Of a DNA stretch of 64,000 bases, positions 24,801-38,009 are shown piece by piece; position 1 is the stretch's first letter; the number at the start of each line of letters is the position of its first letter. This DNA is from Camelus dromedarius (Eukaryota), in assembly GCF_036321535.1 (NCBI RefSeq), contig NC_087436.1, forward strand, positions 91,266,001 through 91,330,000. The letters are read 5' to 3'. The notes beneath the pieces were generated by a model. The model saw only the letters and a program-made list of their open reading frames with translations, did no database searches and was not told the DNA's origin. The translations under genes and the position numbers were made by a program.

Positions 24801-26285
24801 CAATTGATGTCACCATGTCAGGGACACAAAGGGCCTTCTTTGGAATGCCTTCAGTTTCTACTGGATATTGCAAGCATGCCTGTTGATGGATAAATGACTC
24901 TACTTCCTGACTTGGTGGCAGATTCAACTTCTTATGCCATTTGAAGACTGTTGACTAGGGATGCATTTTAAGGCATCAGTAAACTTAATAGCACTTTTCA
25001 TTATTTCTAAGTCATTTTCTCCAAACTGGGTAATGCCTTTCCTTCATGTCCTTTTCTCACCTCTTTTCCTTTTTCTTTCCTTCTAGTTTTACTACTCCCA
25101 ATTCTTTCCAATATCAAAGTAAAATAAAATAATGAATTGTCTATTAATCCTTCTGTAAACAATAAGGATGCAGTGTTTATATATGGGTTAAAAAGATTTG
25201 AAGCTACAGTAAACAATTAAGAAGTAACCATGTTTAGGGGCCAAAACATCAGTGCATTCACACAGAGGCAACCCCATTACATTGATTTGAGGTCAGGACA
25301 ACATTGGTGTTCTGTTATTCTCTGTGAAAGAATTTAGAGCTACAAACATGGTTCATGGAACCTGGATTCTTTACAAAATAAAACAACTTCATTCTTTCAT
25401 CTTATATGCTAGATTTCCAGCATATCAATTCATGTTTCATAGAGAGAAAGGAGCAGATTTCACGTTTCTAGTTATGCCTAAAATGTGACAAAATAAAGAT
25501 GATCAAAATACAGGCCTAAGAGAAGAACTGCCATGTGCTTCCCATTGTTGAAGTGGCAGAAGAAGGAACATATTGGAGTGAAATTTAGAATTGTCCTGGG
25601 CAGAGCGAAGGCAACAACATAAAATCTCATACAGCAAGGAGCCTCTTGCCCGAAACTGATCTCTTGTTCTGGTAATTTAACGAATTTCATTATACTGGCT
25701 CTTTTTCTTTTCTCAAGTTTTCATACAAACTAAAACATCAAAAAGTCTTGCTTTGAAATTTGAAATATACCCTTGAGAACATCAAAGATTAATTTTTGAA
25801 CAAGCGGTTACACTTTCCTTTGGGAATAAAATACACAAGCCAGGTTTCATCATTCTACCTCTGTGCATTCCTCATCTTATTACTTAATATTTTCTAAAAC
25901 CTGAAGTGGGGGAAAATGTGACTGTTATGGAAATCATTTTCTTTTAGGGCTCTACCAGTTGTTTTTATCTACCTTTTTGTACCGTTAAGACATTGACAAA
26001 AAGGTGATTCAAATAAAATTTAATGCACACTTTCTAGAGGCTTTCTCATTAAAATCAAAATGAAATATCTCCTTAGCATCAAAGAAAAGAATAAATGCTT
26101 TTTTTTTAACCTTAAGGTGACTTACTGTAAGTAAGGCACATTTTTTTTCTTAAGTAAGCAATGTGTTTATGTAATTAATGTGAATGTATCCCCTTATTTT
26201 TTGTCAGAGATTTCACTCATGCAGTTATTCCTTCTCTCTTCTTTATCACCAGTCATCCCTTCTCTTCTCTCCTAGATCTTTACTT

Positions 26286-26331
26286 GATAGATGATAGATA
26301 TAGATGATAGATAGATATAGATAGATAGATA
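26286..26331. repeat. Imperfect (GATA)n microsatellite
   Basis: Direct reading. Confidence 0.9.
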
Positions 26332-26419
26332 CCTTGGTCTTATATTTGATCTTAAATCCCCCTTGCCAACAATGGCTTCGTTTGTTCAGCTTAAGGGGAA
26401 AATACTTCAAAATTTATAC

Positions 26420-27803
26420 TTCCTCATCTTCCATCTCCCTTGAACCCAGTGTAACCACACTTTCTTCCCCATCACTCCACTGAAAGTCTAGTCAAGAAAT
26501 TGTCAAAGTCACCAATGACTTCCTGATTGTCAAACCCAGTAAACACTTGTTCACAGCTAAGCATTTAACAGAACTGTTCATTGTTTTTCTTCTTTAAGTA
26601 CCCCTCTTCCCTAGGTTTCTAGGACACTACTCTCCAGGTACCTCTATCTCAATATTACTCCTTCTCAGTCTCTATTTCTGGCTTATTTTCCCAATGTTGA
26701 GAATTTCAAGTGCTATAGGGCTTAGGGCACAATTCTGAGATCTCTTCTCTTCTCTGTTTATACCAACTTCCTTTGGCGACCTGATCCATTCTCATTTTAA
26801 ATCACATTTGTACTCTGATGAAGGCTAACTTCTGAATTATAGAATGAAACTTGCAAACCCAAATCTAGGCTTGTGTGTTTAACTCCTTGGCGGCACTTTC
26901 CTGCACATCTCAGAGACGTTTCAAACTTGACATTTGTTTTTTCTTTCCAACCCTCTTAGTCCTCCAGTATTCCCCAACTCAGGGAAGACCACCAATTGCT
27001 CAGGTCAAAAATCTTGGCATCTCCCTTGAGTCCTCTGCCCTTCTTCTCTTCTGTCTCCTATGCAAACCAGTAGAAACTGTACTAGCTGTGCCTTCAAAAG
27101 AGAACCCAACCGTTACCACTTCTCATCCTCACCACCAAGAACCTAGTCTCAACCTCTTTAATCTCTTTCATGCTTTAACTGGGTAGGCTCTTGACTAGTC
27201 TCCCTGTTCCCAGTCTTACTTCATTGAAGTCTGTTTACCCCACAGCAACAAGAGAGATCCTTTGCAAAACAAAGTACGTTATCATTTTACTTATCTGTTC
27301 TTAACCTCCCTGAGTTCTTGGCCCATATGTCATTGTCTATATCATCCAGCCTCTGGGTAGCTCTCATAACTCATTTCCATCAATCTTCTTCTTACTCACT
27401 TAGCTCCTGCCACACTGGTCTTTCTGTTCTTTGAAACTTCTAAACGTGGTGACAGGAACCCCAAGGCTCTTTGCTCTTGGAGTTCCTGAACTGGAATACT
27501 TTCCTTGCACACATTTGCAAGATTCAATTCTCACTTTACTCCAACCTTAGCTAAAATGACAGCACCTCAAAAAACATTCCCTGACCACTCTATCTTAAGT
27601 GTCACCTTTCCTGCTTTATTTTTTTTCCTTCAAAACACTCGTCAATCTCTAAGATTATGTTTTATATAACTTTATTATTTTGTTGTTGTCAGTCTTCCTG
27701 CTTGGAAGGTGAGTCTCATGAAGATGAACATCTTTTCTGTTTTGTGCACTGCTGACTCTCCAGTGCCTGGAACATAGTAAGCGCTCGGATATGCTGAGTA
27801 AAT
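26420..27803 (+). mobile_element. L2 (L2a-like) LINE, ~1.4 kb 3' portion
   Basis: 'catcactccactgaaa...gtcaccaatgacttcc', ORF remnant QVKNLGISLESS, terminal 'ccagtgcctggaacatagtaagcgctc'. Confidence 0.88.
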
Positions 27804-28080
27804 TAGGGTTATCACTTCCCTAGTCCCGCCACGTTCCTATTTAATTCAAGACATTTTCTAATTTTATCCTACTTACTTTTCTACCAATCATTTCTCTTGT
27901 CTAATAACTGTTTTTACATTTTAACATAAAATATTTATTTTCAATTTGATGTTATCTCTGTTTGCATACAACCACACTAGCCTTTTCAGAGCTTCAGATA
28001 CTAGTAATGCATTCTGTTCGTCTTCAGGCTGGCTTTCTAACAACTAAATAACTTGTGGAAAGCTGAAGTATATATAGAAA

Positions 28081-28162
28081 TTGAGTCTTCCTGTCAAAGT
28101 TATGCTTAGGATATGGTTTTGAGCCTTCCTGTCAAATTTATGCCCAAGATATGAAATTGAGC
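28081..28162. repeat. Degenerate 38-bp tandem duplication (2.2 copies)
   Basis: ttgagtcttcctgtcaaagttatgcttaggatatggtt / ttgagccttcctgtcaaatttatgcccaagatatgaaa / ttgagc. Confidence 0.85.
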
Positions 28163-28737
28163 ACATAATCATATGTTCAAAATGTTTGATTTACAACAAT
28201 TGGAATCAATATTTAAGAATTTTGGGGGCAGTGAGAGAAACCATGAAAAACTCAATATACATGAAGGAATAGACATAAAGAGCAATTTGCCTTTAGACTT
28301 TTTGCTCCTATTAAAATTTTCTAGCATTAATGGCTTCAAACATTTCACAAAAGTGATAATCAAATTCAGGCAGCTTCTATGGAAAGGAAAATCATGTATA
28401 CAGAAAGAACCAGAAATAGAAATGATGTGTTTTTTTTTTTTTTTTTACTCTGAACTTGCTTTAGAAAGAACTATTTGGGTGTACAGATTATAAGAAATTG
28501 GAAGAGGTTACCAAGAAAAATACATTACCATCTCAAGAAGTTTTGGAGAATAAAGTTCCTGTTACTTCTGGGGATGACTTAAGTGCTTGGATGTAGAAGG
28601 ATGAACTAAATAAATCTTACAATCACTTCCTGCTCTATTAAATCTCTACTGCTATAATCCTGTGGCCTTTTCTACTTGAAAAAGAAGTAGAAACTTTATT
28701 TGCCAGATTCAGAGTGTTAGAGTGACATGGTTTTCTA

Positions 28738-28835
28738 AATTTAATTTATTTTTAATTGTGGTATAATTGACATAATTCATTACTTTAGTTTCAGGTGTAC
28801 AACATAATGATGTGACATTTGTATACAATGTGGCA
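28738..28835 (-). mobile_element. Short L1MA-like 3' end
   Basis: 'ttaattgtggtataattgacataa...tttcaggtgtacaacataatgatgtgacatttgtatac'. Confidence 0.75.
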
Positions 28836-29179
28836 TGTTTATACTTGATTTATACCAGGGACTTGCTGATGGTATTTGAGAACTACATAATTTCCTCATT
28901 ATGTGTGGTGCATGAAAGAAATGTAATTACCATCACTCCATCCAAACTGTGACCTATAGAAGATCATGTACTATCGCTCTGAAAACAAAACAATTTTGTA
29001 AAACAAACAAACGAAGCTCCTGGAGGCACTGTTCCAAACCCAGTACAGAGTCTTTGGCTGAAAGTTTAAATGCTGTTGGTATTTGGGAATTGTGAGAAGG
29101 CTGCTTTGTCTTAAGTTTCCTAACTCAGTCCATTAATTGTGGAAGCAACATATTTAGAAATATATTGGCACTAAATGAT

Positions 29180-29390
29180 ACATTAATAGTATTTGTGAGT
29201 GCTCACTGTGTGTCAGGTACTTCACATCAGTTTTACATTGTAGGTATCATTATTGCTCCCATTTTACAATGAGGAAGCTGAGACCCAAGGAGATTAAGAA
29301 CTTTTCCAGAATCACACAGTTTGTAAGTGGTGGAACCAGATTGGCATCCAAGTGCTTTAGCTAGAGAACCCACATTTTAAAATACTTGCA
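29180..29390 (-). mobile_element. MIR SINE
   Basis: 'ccattttacaatgaggaagctgagacccaaggagattaagaac...atcacacag'. Confidence 0.8.
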
Positions 29391-29482
29391 TCATATGTCA
29401 AAGATGTCAAATCTTTGTAATCTTGTTGGGTTAAAGGAAGTGGAGCCAGTATGAAAATGGAATGAGGTATTATCCAGGGAAG

Positions 29483-31090
29483 TGTATTAAATATCCTCTT
29501 CGGGTTTTAAGGAGAACAGTCTCACTCAGGGTACTTAAAGTTGAGAATGTTTTGCAATAAAGGCATATGTAAAATTGAGGGAGTGAAATCACCTCAGTTT
29601 GCAAATATATAAATAGCCACACAACCAAAAATTATGGGCACTCGCATATACTCCCGCTTGGCTTTGGATGGAGGAAACCTAGTTCAGTTCTGGCCTTCAC
29701 CTCCCTTCTCCCCAGAAGCATGGATTTATTAATCCCTCCCCTAGTGCTCTGCTTAAGAAAAACTCTTTATAGAGATATAATCTAATATCATAAAATTCAC
29801 CTGTTTATGAAATACAGTTTAGTGTATTTTAAAGCATCTGGACAGAGCTAGCTAGCCATCAGCACAACCTAAGTTTAGAACATTTTCATCATTCCTAAAG
29901 TAATCCCTGTACCTGTTAGTACTCATCCTTGTCCTCGCCCCTCCCAGCTCCGGGAAAATACTAATCCATGCTACATCTCTATTGCTTTGCCTGTTCTGGA
30001 TGTCTCATAAGCCATGTGATTGTACAGTATGCAGTCTTTTATGACAGGCTTCTTTTACTTAACATAATGTTTTCAGGGTCCATCCATGTTGTGAGATGTA
30101 TCAGTATTTCGTTCCTTTTAGTGGCAGAATAACGTTGCAGTGTATGAACATACCACATTTTGTTTGTGCATTCATCATTTTATGGACATTTAGGTGATTT
30201 GCACTTGGCAATTATGGAGAATGCTGGTATATCATTTGTGTACAGAATTTTGGTGGACCTGTTTTCATCTCAGCTGCATATATACCTAGGAATGGAATTG
30301 CTGGGTCACATGCTAAATCTATGTTTAGCAATTTAGTAAATGCCAAGCCATTTTTTCAAAATGACTGAACATGACATTCCCAGACATTCCTACCAGAAAT
30401 GAATGAATGTTCCATTTTCTCCACAACTTGGTCAACACATTTTATGGTTTGAGTTTTTGGTTAAAGGCATCACAGTGGATGTGAGGTGGTATTTCATTGT
30501 CATTTTGATTTGCATTGTCCTGATGACTAATGATGTTGAGCATCTTTTCATGTGCTTATTGGCCATTTGTGTATTTTCTTTGTATATAAGTCTGCTCAGA
30601 TCCTTTACTCTTTTAATTATGTTACTTGTCTTTTTAGTATTGAATTCTTTGTATACTGGGTACAAAGCCCTTTCAGACACATGATTTGCATATATTTTCC
30701 CCATTCTGAGAGTTCGCTCTGCTTCTAATGTGTGACAGCCTCTCCTCGTTTTATATCTCCCACTCCAGCTGCCTCCTCCTCAGACTCGACTTCTTACACT
30801 GTTGATTTCTGCCTGCTCATAGCGTTGTTAACAACCTCTTTTTATTCATGTCTCTCATGGCTCCCTTTGTCTCACACTCACTGCTTGTCTCTGACTACAT
30901 GCTCTCAATTTCTGATTTTAGTTTCTTGGTCTCAAATTTATAAATCCTTTAAGAGAGTTTCTAATATTGGCTCTCTCTGCTCTAGGTGCCCCTTTCTGGT
31001 CCAGTCCCCTGACACTGAGGTGATGTGTTGGCTTAAATGAATGAACTGGCCTGGAATGGCTCCTTGAACAGACTAGGGTGGATAGTTTTC
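29483..31090 (-). mobile_element. Old MLT1 (K/L/N-like) LTR interrupted by L1 (LTR parts ~29483-29755 and ~30715-31090)
   Basis: 'tgtattaaatatcctcttcgggttttaaggagaacagtctcactcagg' and 'gagagtttctaatattggctc...ggtgccctttctggtccagtc' resemble antisense MLT1 segments. Confidence 0.5.
29762..30710 (-). mobile_element. L1MB-like 3' end with ORF2 C-terminal remnant
   Basis: ORF 30432-30704(-) ...MANKHMKRCSTSLVIRTMQIKMTMKYHLT is the L1 ORF2 Cys-rich region. Candidate TSD GCTCTGCTT at 29746-29754 and 30716-30724. Confidence 0.9.
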
Positions 31091-32504
31091 TTGAGGAAGG
31101 TTACCATAGGTAATGAAGACTCCTAACGCTTCATCAAATGCTCTGCAGTAATGGGTGATAAAGGCAGAAGAACAGAATGCTGAACATCACTTCTTTATTT
31201 CACCATATAGACATAGAGAAATTATGAAAAGTTTATATATTTTTTACTTCTAGTTTCAGAACTCAAACTGAGAAATTTATCTCAAACTAAATTACAGAAG
31301 GTAGTGGTCTTTGCTTTATACTGTTATGTTATTCATAACTTGTCTGCAATAACATTTAGCATGTAGGATTGTACACTTGCCTAATGTAGGCGATGTACTC
31401 TACAGTATAGGTGATGTGCAATGATGATATGTATACATATGTACATATGTATATATACACATATATGTGTATATATATATATATTCTGAATTTATTGAAT
31501 CTTCACTGTTTCAACCCCCAATTCAAATTTTCTTTTATGAATATTCCAGATACTCCCTTAAACTTAAAACTTAGAAATGAATTGGAGAGATATCATAGTA
31601 ATATGTTTGTGCCCATGAATTATGACTTAGCTTTCCTATAAGAATCCAGTTTCTTTGAGGGCAAAGACTTCCTAACTCATTTTTGTTACCCACTCAGTTT
31701 CTTAAAACAGCACTTTGTAACCAATAGGCAACTCAAAGTATATTGCATTAAACTAAAAGGAATTAGTGAACTGCAAGGCACACTTTAGGAAAGTATCTTT
31801 CTTCCTGTTGAAGATGAGTTTACTCATGGATATCAACAGCCTGTCTAGCTCCTTGGATCTTTAAAAAATGGGTATTCAGGTCAGTGAATCAAGACTTTTG
31901 TACATTGACAGTGGAATGCCTTTTCCTTATGAAGAGGTAAAGAGGGAAATTAGGGGACTTGTCCATTACTCACAACTCATTTTTAAAACCTGGATCATGA
32001 CTGCCTTGCATCCTTACTCATCTGCTCTCTAAACAGAGAGCAGCTGACACTGATGACAGTGTGTCTGGTAAGATGAGGTGGTGCAAAAGGCTAACTAGGA
32101 ATTGAAATACATCTAACTAGAAGTGACTGTAGCTAAAAGTGCAGCCTATATTAAGACCTTAGTCTCAATAGGGACATTGGACCAAATAATTAGAAAGGAA
32201 AATATTACTGTTGTGTCAGCTTTGGGAAAAAATTTTTTCCATGTGTATTTCAATTAACTATTCAATTAAATATTCATGACCTCATAACAGTGCTCCAGGG
32301 ACAGACCTAGCCTTTAGCTAGGCCCTCAGGCCTTGAGAGAATGTTTCAATTTTTAAATAAGACCTCAAAAAGACCTTGGTTAATTTGATGGATTTACCCA
32401 AAGTGACTTTTTAAATCATTTTAATTTTTTTAAATGTCTAAATTTTCCACAGATTTTAATCTTCCTTGTTGTTGATCAAAAGAAATTTCTAGGTCACATT
32501 TTAA

Positions 32505-32760
32505 ATTTATATTTTAACTTTTTATTGAAGTATCAAATACTTACAGAAAAGTATACGTAGAGAAAGTGATGGATTTTCATAAACTGAACCCCTTAGTATA
32601 ACCATCACCCAGACTAAGGAACAGACATTAACAGCTCCCAAATTTATATCTTTTGCTCCCATGTAGACTCTATGCTGCCCCCAGGAGTAGCCACTATTTA
32701 CATTTCTATAGTCATAGTTCTTTTTTAATTTTTAAATTCTATGTAAATTAGACATACAGC
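32505..32760 (-). mobile_element. L1ME-like 3' end
   Basis: 'tttattgaagtatcaaatacttacagaaaagt...ataaccatcacccagactaaggaacagacatt'. Confidence 0.75.
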
Positions 32761-32762
32761 AT

Positions 32763-33455
32763 TTATTTAATTGAAGTATGGTTGATTTACAATGTTATAT
32801 TAGTTTCTGGTGTACAGAATCATGATTCAGTTATACATATACCTATATATTATATTTCATATTTTTTTATTGCAGATTATTGCCAGCTATTGAATATAGT
32901 TCTCTGAGCTATGCAATTGTTGTTTCTCTATTATGTATATAGTAGTTCATATCTGCTAATATAAAACTCCTAATTTATTCCCCTTTTCCCTTTGGTAACC
33001 ATAAATTTGTTTCCTATGTCTGTCAGTCTATTTCTGTTTTGTAAATGAATTCATTTGTGTCATTTTTTAGATTGCATATATAAGTGATGTCATATAATAT
33101 TAGTCTTTCTCTCTCTGACTTACTTCACTTAGTATGATAATCTCTAGGTCCATCCGTGTTGCTGCAAATGGCATTATTTTATTCTGTCTTACGGCTGAGT
33201 AGTATTCCATTGTATATCTATACCACAACTTCTTTATCCAGTCATTTGTTGGACATTTAAGTTGCTTCCATGTCTTGACTATTGTAAATAGTGCTTCTAT
33301 GAACATTTGGGTGCATGTATCTTTTTGAATTAGGGTTTCCTCCAGATATATGCCCAGGAAGGGGATTGCTGGATCATATGGAAGGTATATTTTTAGTTTT
33401 TTTCAAGGAATCTCCATACTGTCTTCCATAGAGGCTGCACCAAGTTACATTCCTA
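32763..33455 (-). mobile_element. Younger L1 3' end (non-inverted part of a 5'-inverted insertion)
   Basis: ORF 33100-33306(-) MFIEALFTIVKTWKQLKCP...WIKKLWYRYTMEYYSA...MDLEIIILSEVSQ is the L1 ORF2 C-terminus, followed by the 3'UTR. Confidence 0.92.
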
Positions 33456-33590
33456 CTTCCTCACACCGTACATAAAAATAAACTCAAAATGGCCTAAAGA
33501 GTTAAACATAAGACAGGACACCATAAATCTCCTAGAAGCAAACATAGGTAAAACATTCTCTGACATGAACTGTAGCAATATTTTCCTAGA
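33456..33590 (+). mobile_element. Inverted L1 ORF2 segment
   Basis: + strand translation FLTPYIKINSKWPKELNIRQDTINLLEANIGKTFSDMNCSNIFL matches L1 ORF2 YLTPYTKINSKWIKDLN...IKLLEENIG. Confidence 0.9.
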
Positions 33591-33849
33591 GGTCTATGTT
33601 GGTGTTCATTACAGACCCCCTTGGCCTCAGGCTGCGCTGTGTATCTGTAGGATGTCTCTGTAAGACCTAGCAGTGACTGGGTCCTGCAGGCTGGGAATTG
33701 AATGCAGGCATCAGAGCTTGAGCAGCACAGGGAGTCATTGGCATCTTCATCCTAAGACCATGTTTTCCTATCAGGACCTGAATTTGATTTTTCCCCTCAG
33801 ATCATTACTGGTTTTGAAAATCTTTTGCTGAGGAAGATTGGGAACTAGA

Positions 33850-34228
33850 CACAGTTTTATACTTGCAAGTTTTAGAAATAATTCCTCTAGATTCTGCTTA
33901 ATAATAGAACAATTTATTATTTAGTTCATCTCTCTCTCTCTATGCCTTAGCATATACAGCTGAAAGAAACAATATTTTCAATATTCTGCATGGACATCTT
34001 CTTAGCCAAATCCACAAATTCATTAGATATATTTTCTATTTTTCATGTTACTATGGGTAACAGTGTTGCCACATTTTTAACCACTGCATAGCACAGGTTG
34101 TCTTTTTCAATCCCTGCAATAAGTTTTTTTCACTGTCTTGCCACTATTCAGTTCCCGTCAAGCTTCTGTCCATCTCCAGTAGCACAAATTTTAGGATTTT
34201 GTTATAGTTTCACCCCACTTTCAGATTT
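33850..34228 (-). mobile_element. MaLR internal sequence (MLT1-int) abutting its LTR
   Basis: 'ttagccaaatccacaaattcattag...cagtgttgccaca...ttttgttatagtttcaccccacttt...atttctgt' is the typical antisense MLT1-int/LTR junction. Confidence 0.7.
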
Positions 34229-34710
34229 CTGTTTTGGTTACTTATTGCTATCTAACAAAAACTCCAAAACCCAATAGTAAAATACAAAAATAACTCATGT
34301 ATTTTCTCATGAATCTCTGGCTTGACAAAGTAGTTATTCCATTGTGTCAGTCATGTGGCTGAAATAAGAGGACAGGTAGGGCTAGAAGAGCTAAAATGGC
34401 TTCACTCACACGTGTGACTGGAGAATTAGAAGTGCTAATAAAGAAAGGGTGGTACCTCTCTCTGCCTTTTGGGACTCACCATGAGGATAGCTTCTTTCTG
34501 TAGCATCTGGATTCCAAGAATAAGAAAGATATGAAGTGGAAGCTGCAAGCCCTCTTAATGGCTAGGTCTAGAGCTGGCATGGCATCACCCCCGCCATGTT
34601 CTGTTGAGTTTTGTTTAGCAAAACCAGCCCCACATTTAAAGAAGAGGATGCAAATTCTACTGTAAGCAGGATAGTAACAGTGATTTATGGCCACTTTTAA
34701 TCAACCAGAG
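34229..34710 (-). mobile_element. MLT1 (G/H-like) LTR
   Basis: 'ggttacttattgctatctaacaaaa...aaaatggcttcactcaca...gaagtggaagctgcaagccctcttaa...ggccacttttaatcaacca'. Confidence 0.8.
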
Positions 34711-34729
34711 ACACATTCTTTCAAAATCA

Positions 34730-37440
34730 CATTTTATTAAAAATAAAGAACAAATTAAAAATATGAATATCCGATAGCTATTAAAATTGAATTTATAATG
34801 AAACTTTTCCATGAAGAAAACCCCAGACCTAGATGATTTCACTGATAAATTTTATGAAATAAATAAAGAAGATCAACAAAACCAAAACTCTGTCTTTGAA
34901 AAGACTAATGAACTATAAAACCTCCAATGAGATTGAACAAGAACAAAGAAGAAGTCATCAATTTTAAAATATAAGAATATTAAAAATAACAAAAGCACAT
35001 AATGCTTTATGATGCATAACTTTATTCCAATGTTTATGAAACCTTGATAATCTGATTTAAGGAATATCTGAAACAATTTTTGTCTACTAAATGAACAAGG
35101 TCAATACATTAAAGTCCACCATCAAATACACAACTAAACACTAGTCTGAGGAGGTTAGGTTATGAGAAACCTTCAAATTGTTATTCCCTATAATATGCAA
35201 GCTATTCCGGAAAACAGGGCAAGTACCCCTTTTCAGTTTGTGAGACTGCTGAATAACTCAGTAAAAATTTCAAGTATCTTTCTATGAAAAGAAAACCGTA
35301 AGCCACATCATGGGTGGTTGTAGATGTAAAAATATTAAATAAAGTGTCAGCAGCATCAATCCAGGAGTGTACTTTAAAAAATACATGGGGACGATATGGT
35401 TTATTTCAGTAGAGCAATAGTGGTTTAACATTAGAAAAAAATGTATTATTGAAATTTTCCACAGTAAACAATAAAGGGGAAATAACCTCTCAGCACATAC
35501 AAAAAAGCATTTGAAAAGTTCCACACTTAATCATTGTTTTAAAAGAAGAAAACTCTTACTAAGTTAGGAATAGAGAACAATGCCCTTAGCTCCACACAAG
35601 TTATTGTCCAAACCCATAATGTTTATCATCTTTAATGGAGAAATGTTAGAGACATTTTATTTTAAAGGAGGAGCAAAATAAGGATGCCTATTATGAAAAA
35701 AAAAAAAATATATATATACTTTCACAAGTGCCAGCAAGAAAGAATTAGAAAACATAACTTAAAATATTTTATTTACAATAACAACTAAAATAAGGCACTT
35801 TAAGAATAAATGTAACAGAAGTTATATGGAGCTCTTATAGAAAAAATATATTAAATATCAAAGAAAGACATAAAAAGGCACAAATAGATTGAGAGATTTT
35901 CCATGCTCATGTTTGCAAAGACTCAATAAAGATGTCAGTTCTTCCTAAATTAATCCATATATTCAAATTATGCCCAATACAACAGTTGGTCTTTGTTCAT
36001 TTTTTTTTTTTTTTGCATTTATCTAACTGATCCTAAAATTTACATGAAAATCTTAAGGGATGAAAATACCCAAGTCTTAGTATTTTCATGAATGTGAGAG
36101 AAAATTGACCCCACTAGATGGTAAGACTTACTAAACAGATATGGCAGTTAAAATATTTTGATATCTGAAGACATAAATTTCTCAGCAGAAATGAATAAAA
36201 CCCCCCAAATCACTTCACATTTAGAAATAGGACTTGTTGCAGGTGACACTACAATTCAGCAGGGCAAAGGGTGGATTTTTCCATAAATGATGTGGTAAAG
36301 TTGGTTATTTGTATGGGAAAAAAGGACATATAAAGAAGAAATCACACAAAAAAGACTTTATCATCTTGAAGTAAGAAAGAATTTCTTGAATAAAAATTTT
36401 AAAGGACAAACATGAAGTAAAAGAATGAAGTGTAATAAATTTGCATACAAAAAAGTTTTAGCTCAAAATGACATAAGAAAATTAAAAATCAGGCTCTTAA
36501 ATTGAAGAAAATACTTGTCTCCTATATAAACTAAATAGTGCTTACTTTTCAGAATGCATAAAGTACTTCTGAAAATCAATTTTGAAAAGCACAATTAAAT
36601 AATTATGAGCCTGTAAGCCAAGGGTATATCAGGCAGTTCACAAAAGAGGAAATCTGCATTTTAATAAACGTATATCATGATCATCAATTTTACTCATGAT
36701 CAGAGAAATGCAAAGTCAAACCTAGAAAGAGAATTATCACAGGTAAAAAACATACTTTTTGGAATCAGATTAATCAGTTCAAATTCTGATTTTTACCGCT
36801 GAGTAGCCAAGTGAGCCTGGGAAAGTTAATTTACACTTTTGAGCCTCTGTTATCTCAGCTGTATAATGAAGATGAATATATTACTTCCCTCATATGATTG
36901 TGTTAGCACATATTAACCATTAGATCAAGCTTAACATAAGCATTTCATAAGGCCAAGAAATTATTATTAAAACAATAAGAAGATTTCATTTAACACTATT
37001 AGGCAAACATTTTAAGTCAGATAACAACCTGTGTGTCAAGATGTAAGAAAACAGGAACGAAGATATTGCTGGTGAGAACAAAACATCTGATATGAAATGC
37101 AATTTGGCAACAGTATAATTGAAGATACACATATTTTAATACTCAGCATTTCCACTTCAAGGAGCCTAAGGAAAAAATCTCACCCATGGACATGTATAAT
37201 CTTACACATACACATTTTGTACAGATATACAAAGATATCCATAGCCACACTGTTTGCTAGAATTTAAAAAAAAAGTACAGTGTCAACCTGTGGAGAATGG
37301 TGAATACACTGTAGACATACCAAAGTATTACAGAGTAGTGAAAATGAACTAACTCAATCTACACGTTAAATTTCAAAAGAAAATGCTTAGTGGGGGGAAA
37401 AAACTGGCTACAGAGGATTGTGTGCAGAAATGATACCATT
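34730..37440 (+). mobile_element. Ancient, heavily decayed L1M ORF2/3'UTR
   Basis: Recognisable ORF2 remnants: 'aaaagcatttgaaaag', 'aactcttactaagttaggaatagag', 'ttaatggagaaatgttagagac', 'ctgatcctaaaatttacatg', 'cagagaaatgcaaagtcaaa'. Confidence 0.8.
36740..36965 (+). mobile_element. MIR within the old L1 region
   Basis: 'tttggaatcaga...gtgagcctgggaaagttaatttacacttttgagcctctgttatctcagctgta'. Confidence 0.75.
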
Positions 37441-37444
37441 TGAT

Positions 37445-37810
37445 AGGTTAGTTAGACCCTGAGAATAATGGCTCAAACACAATAGAGTTTTTGTCATCGT
37501 TGTTCACAAAAGCTCTGAGGCAGGTGCTTCAAGATGGAGAGACCTTTCAGGTACCCAGTTTCTCAGGGACCCAGGCTGATGGCAGTGTGGTTATCATCCA
37601 CACATGCACTTAAGGTCCCTCCCTCTCTGTGTCATCATCCCAAAGAATATGGAAGGGCAATCTTTGGAGGTTTTATGAAACAGGGCTGGATTATGGCACA
37701 GATTACATTTGATCCTGCTTCACTGGAGATAATTTAAGCATAAGGCCACATCTAGCTGCTAGTCCATTTGAGAAGTGGGGTCTAGCTGAGCAGAAGTAGG
37801 CACAGCTATT
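37445..37810 (-). mobile_element. Old MLT1 (J/K-like) LTR fragment
   Basis: 'cagggacccaggctgatgg...ggccacatctagctgc...gagaagtggggtctagctg'. Confidence 0.6.
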
Positions 37811-38009
37811 AAGGGAGCACAACAAAGGTGGAGAGAAGACATTATAGGCAAGAAAATAGAGTGTTTTTAAGTTAAGGAAGAAGAGTAAGGTAGGCCAGTA
37901 GGCTTTCCTTTTTCTTGGGTTGGGGTGGATAACAGGGTACAGGGTCAGAAGTACTAATGTGGGTGGAGCACAAGAAGAATAATCTCGAGAAGTAAGCAAG
38001 TCCCCTATT

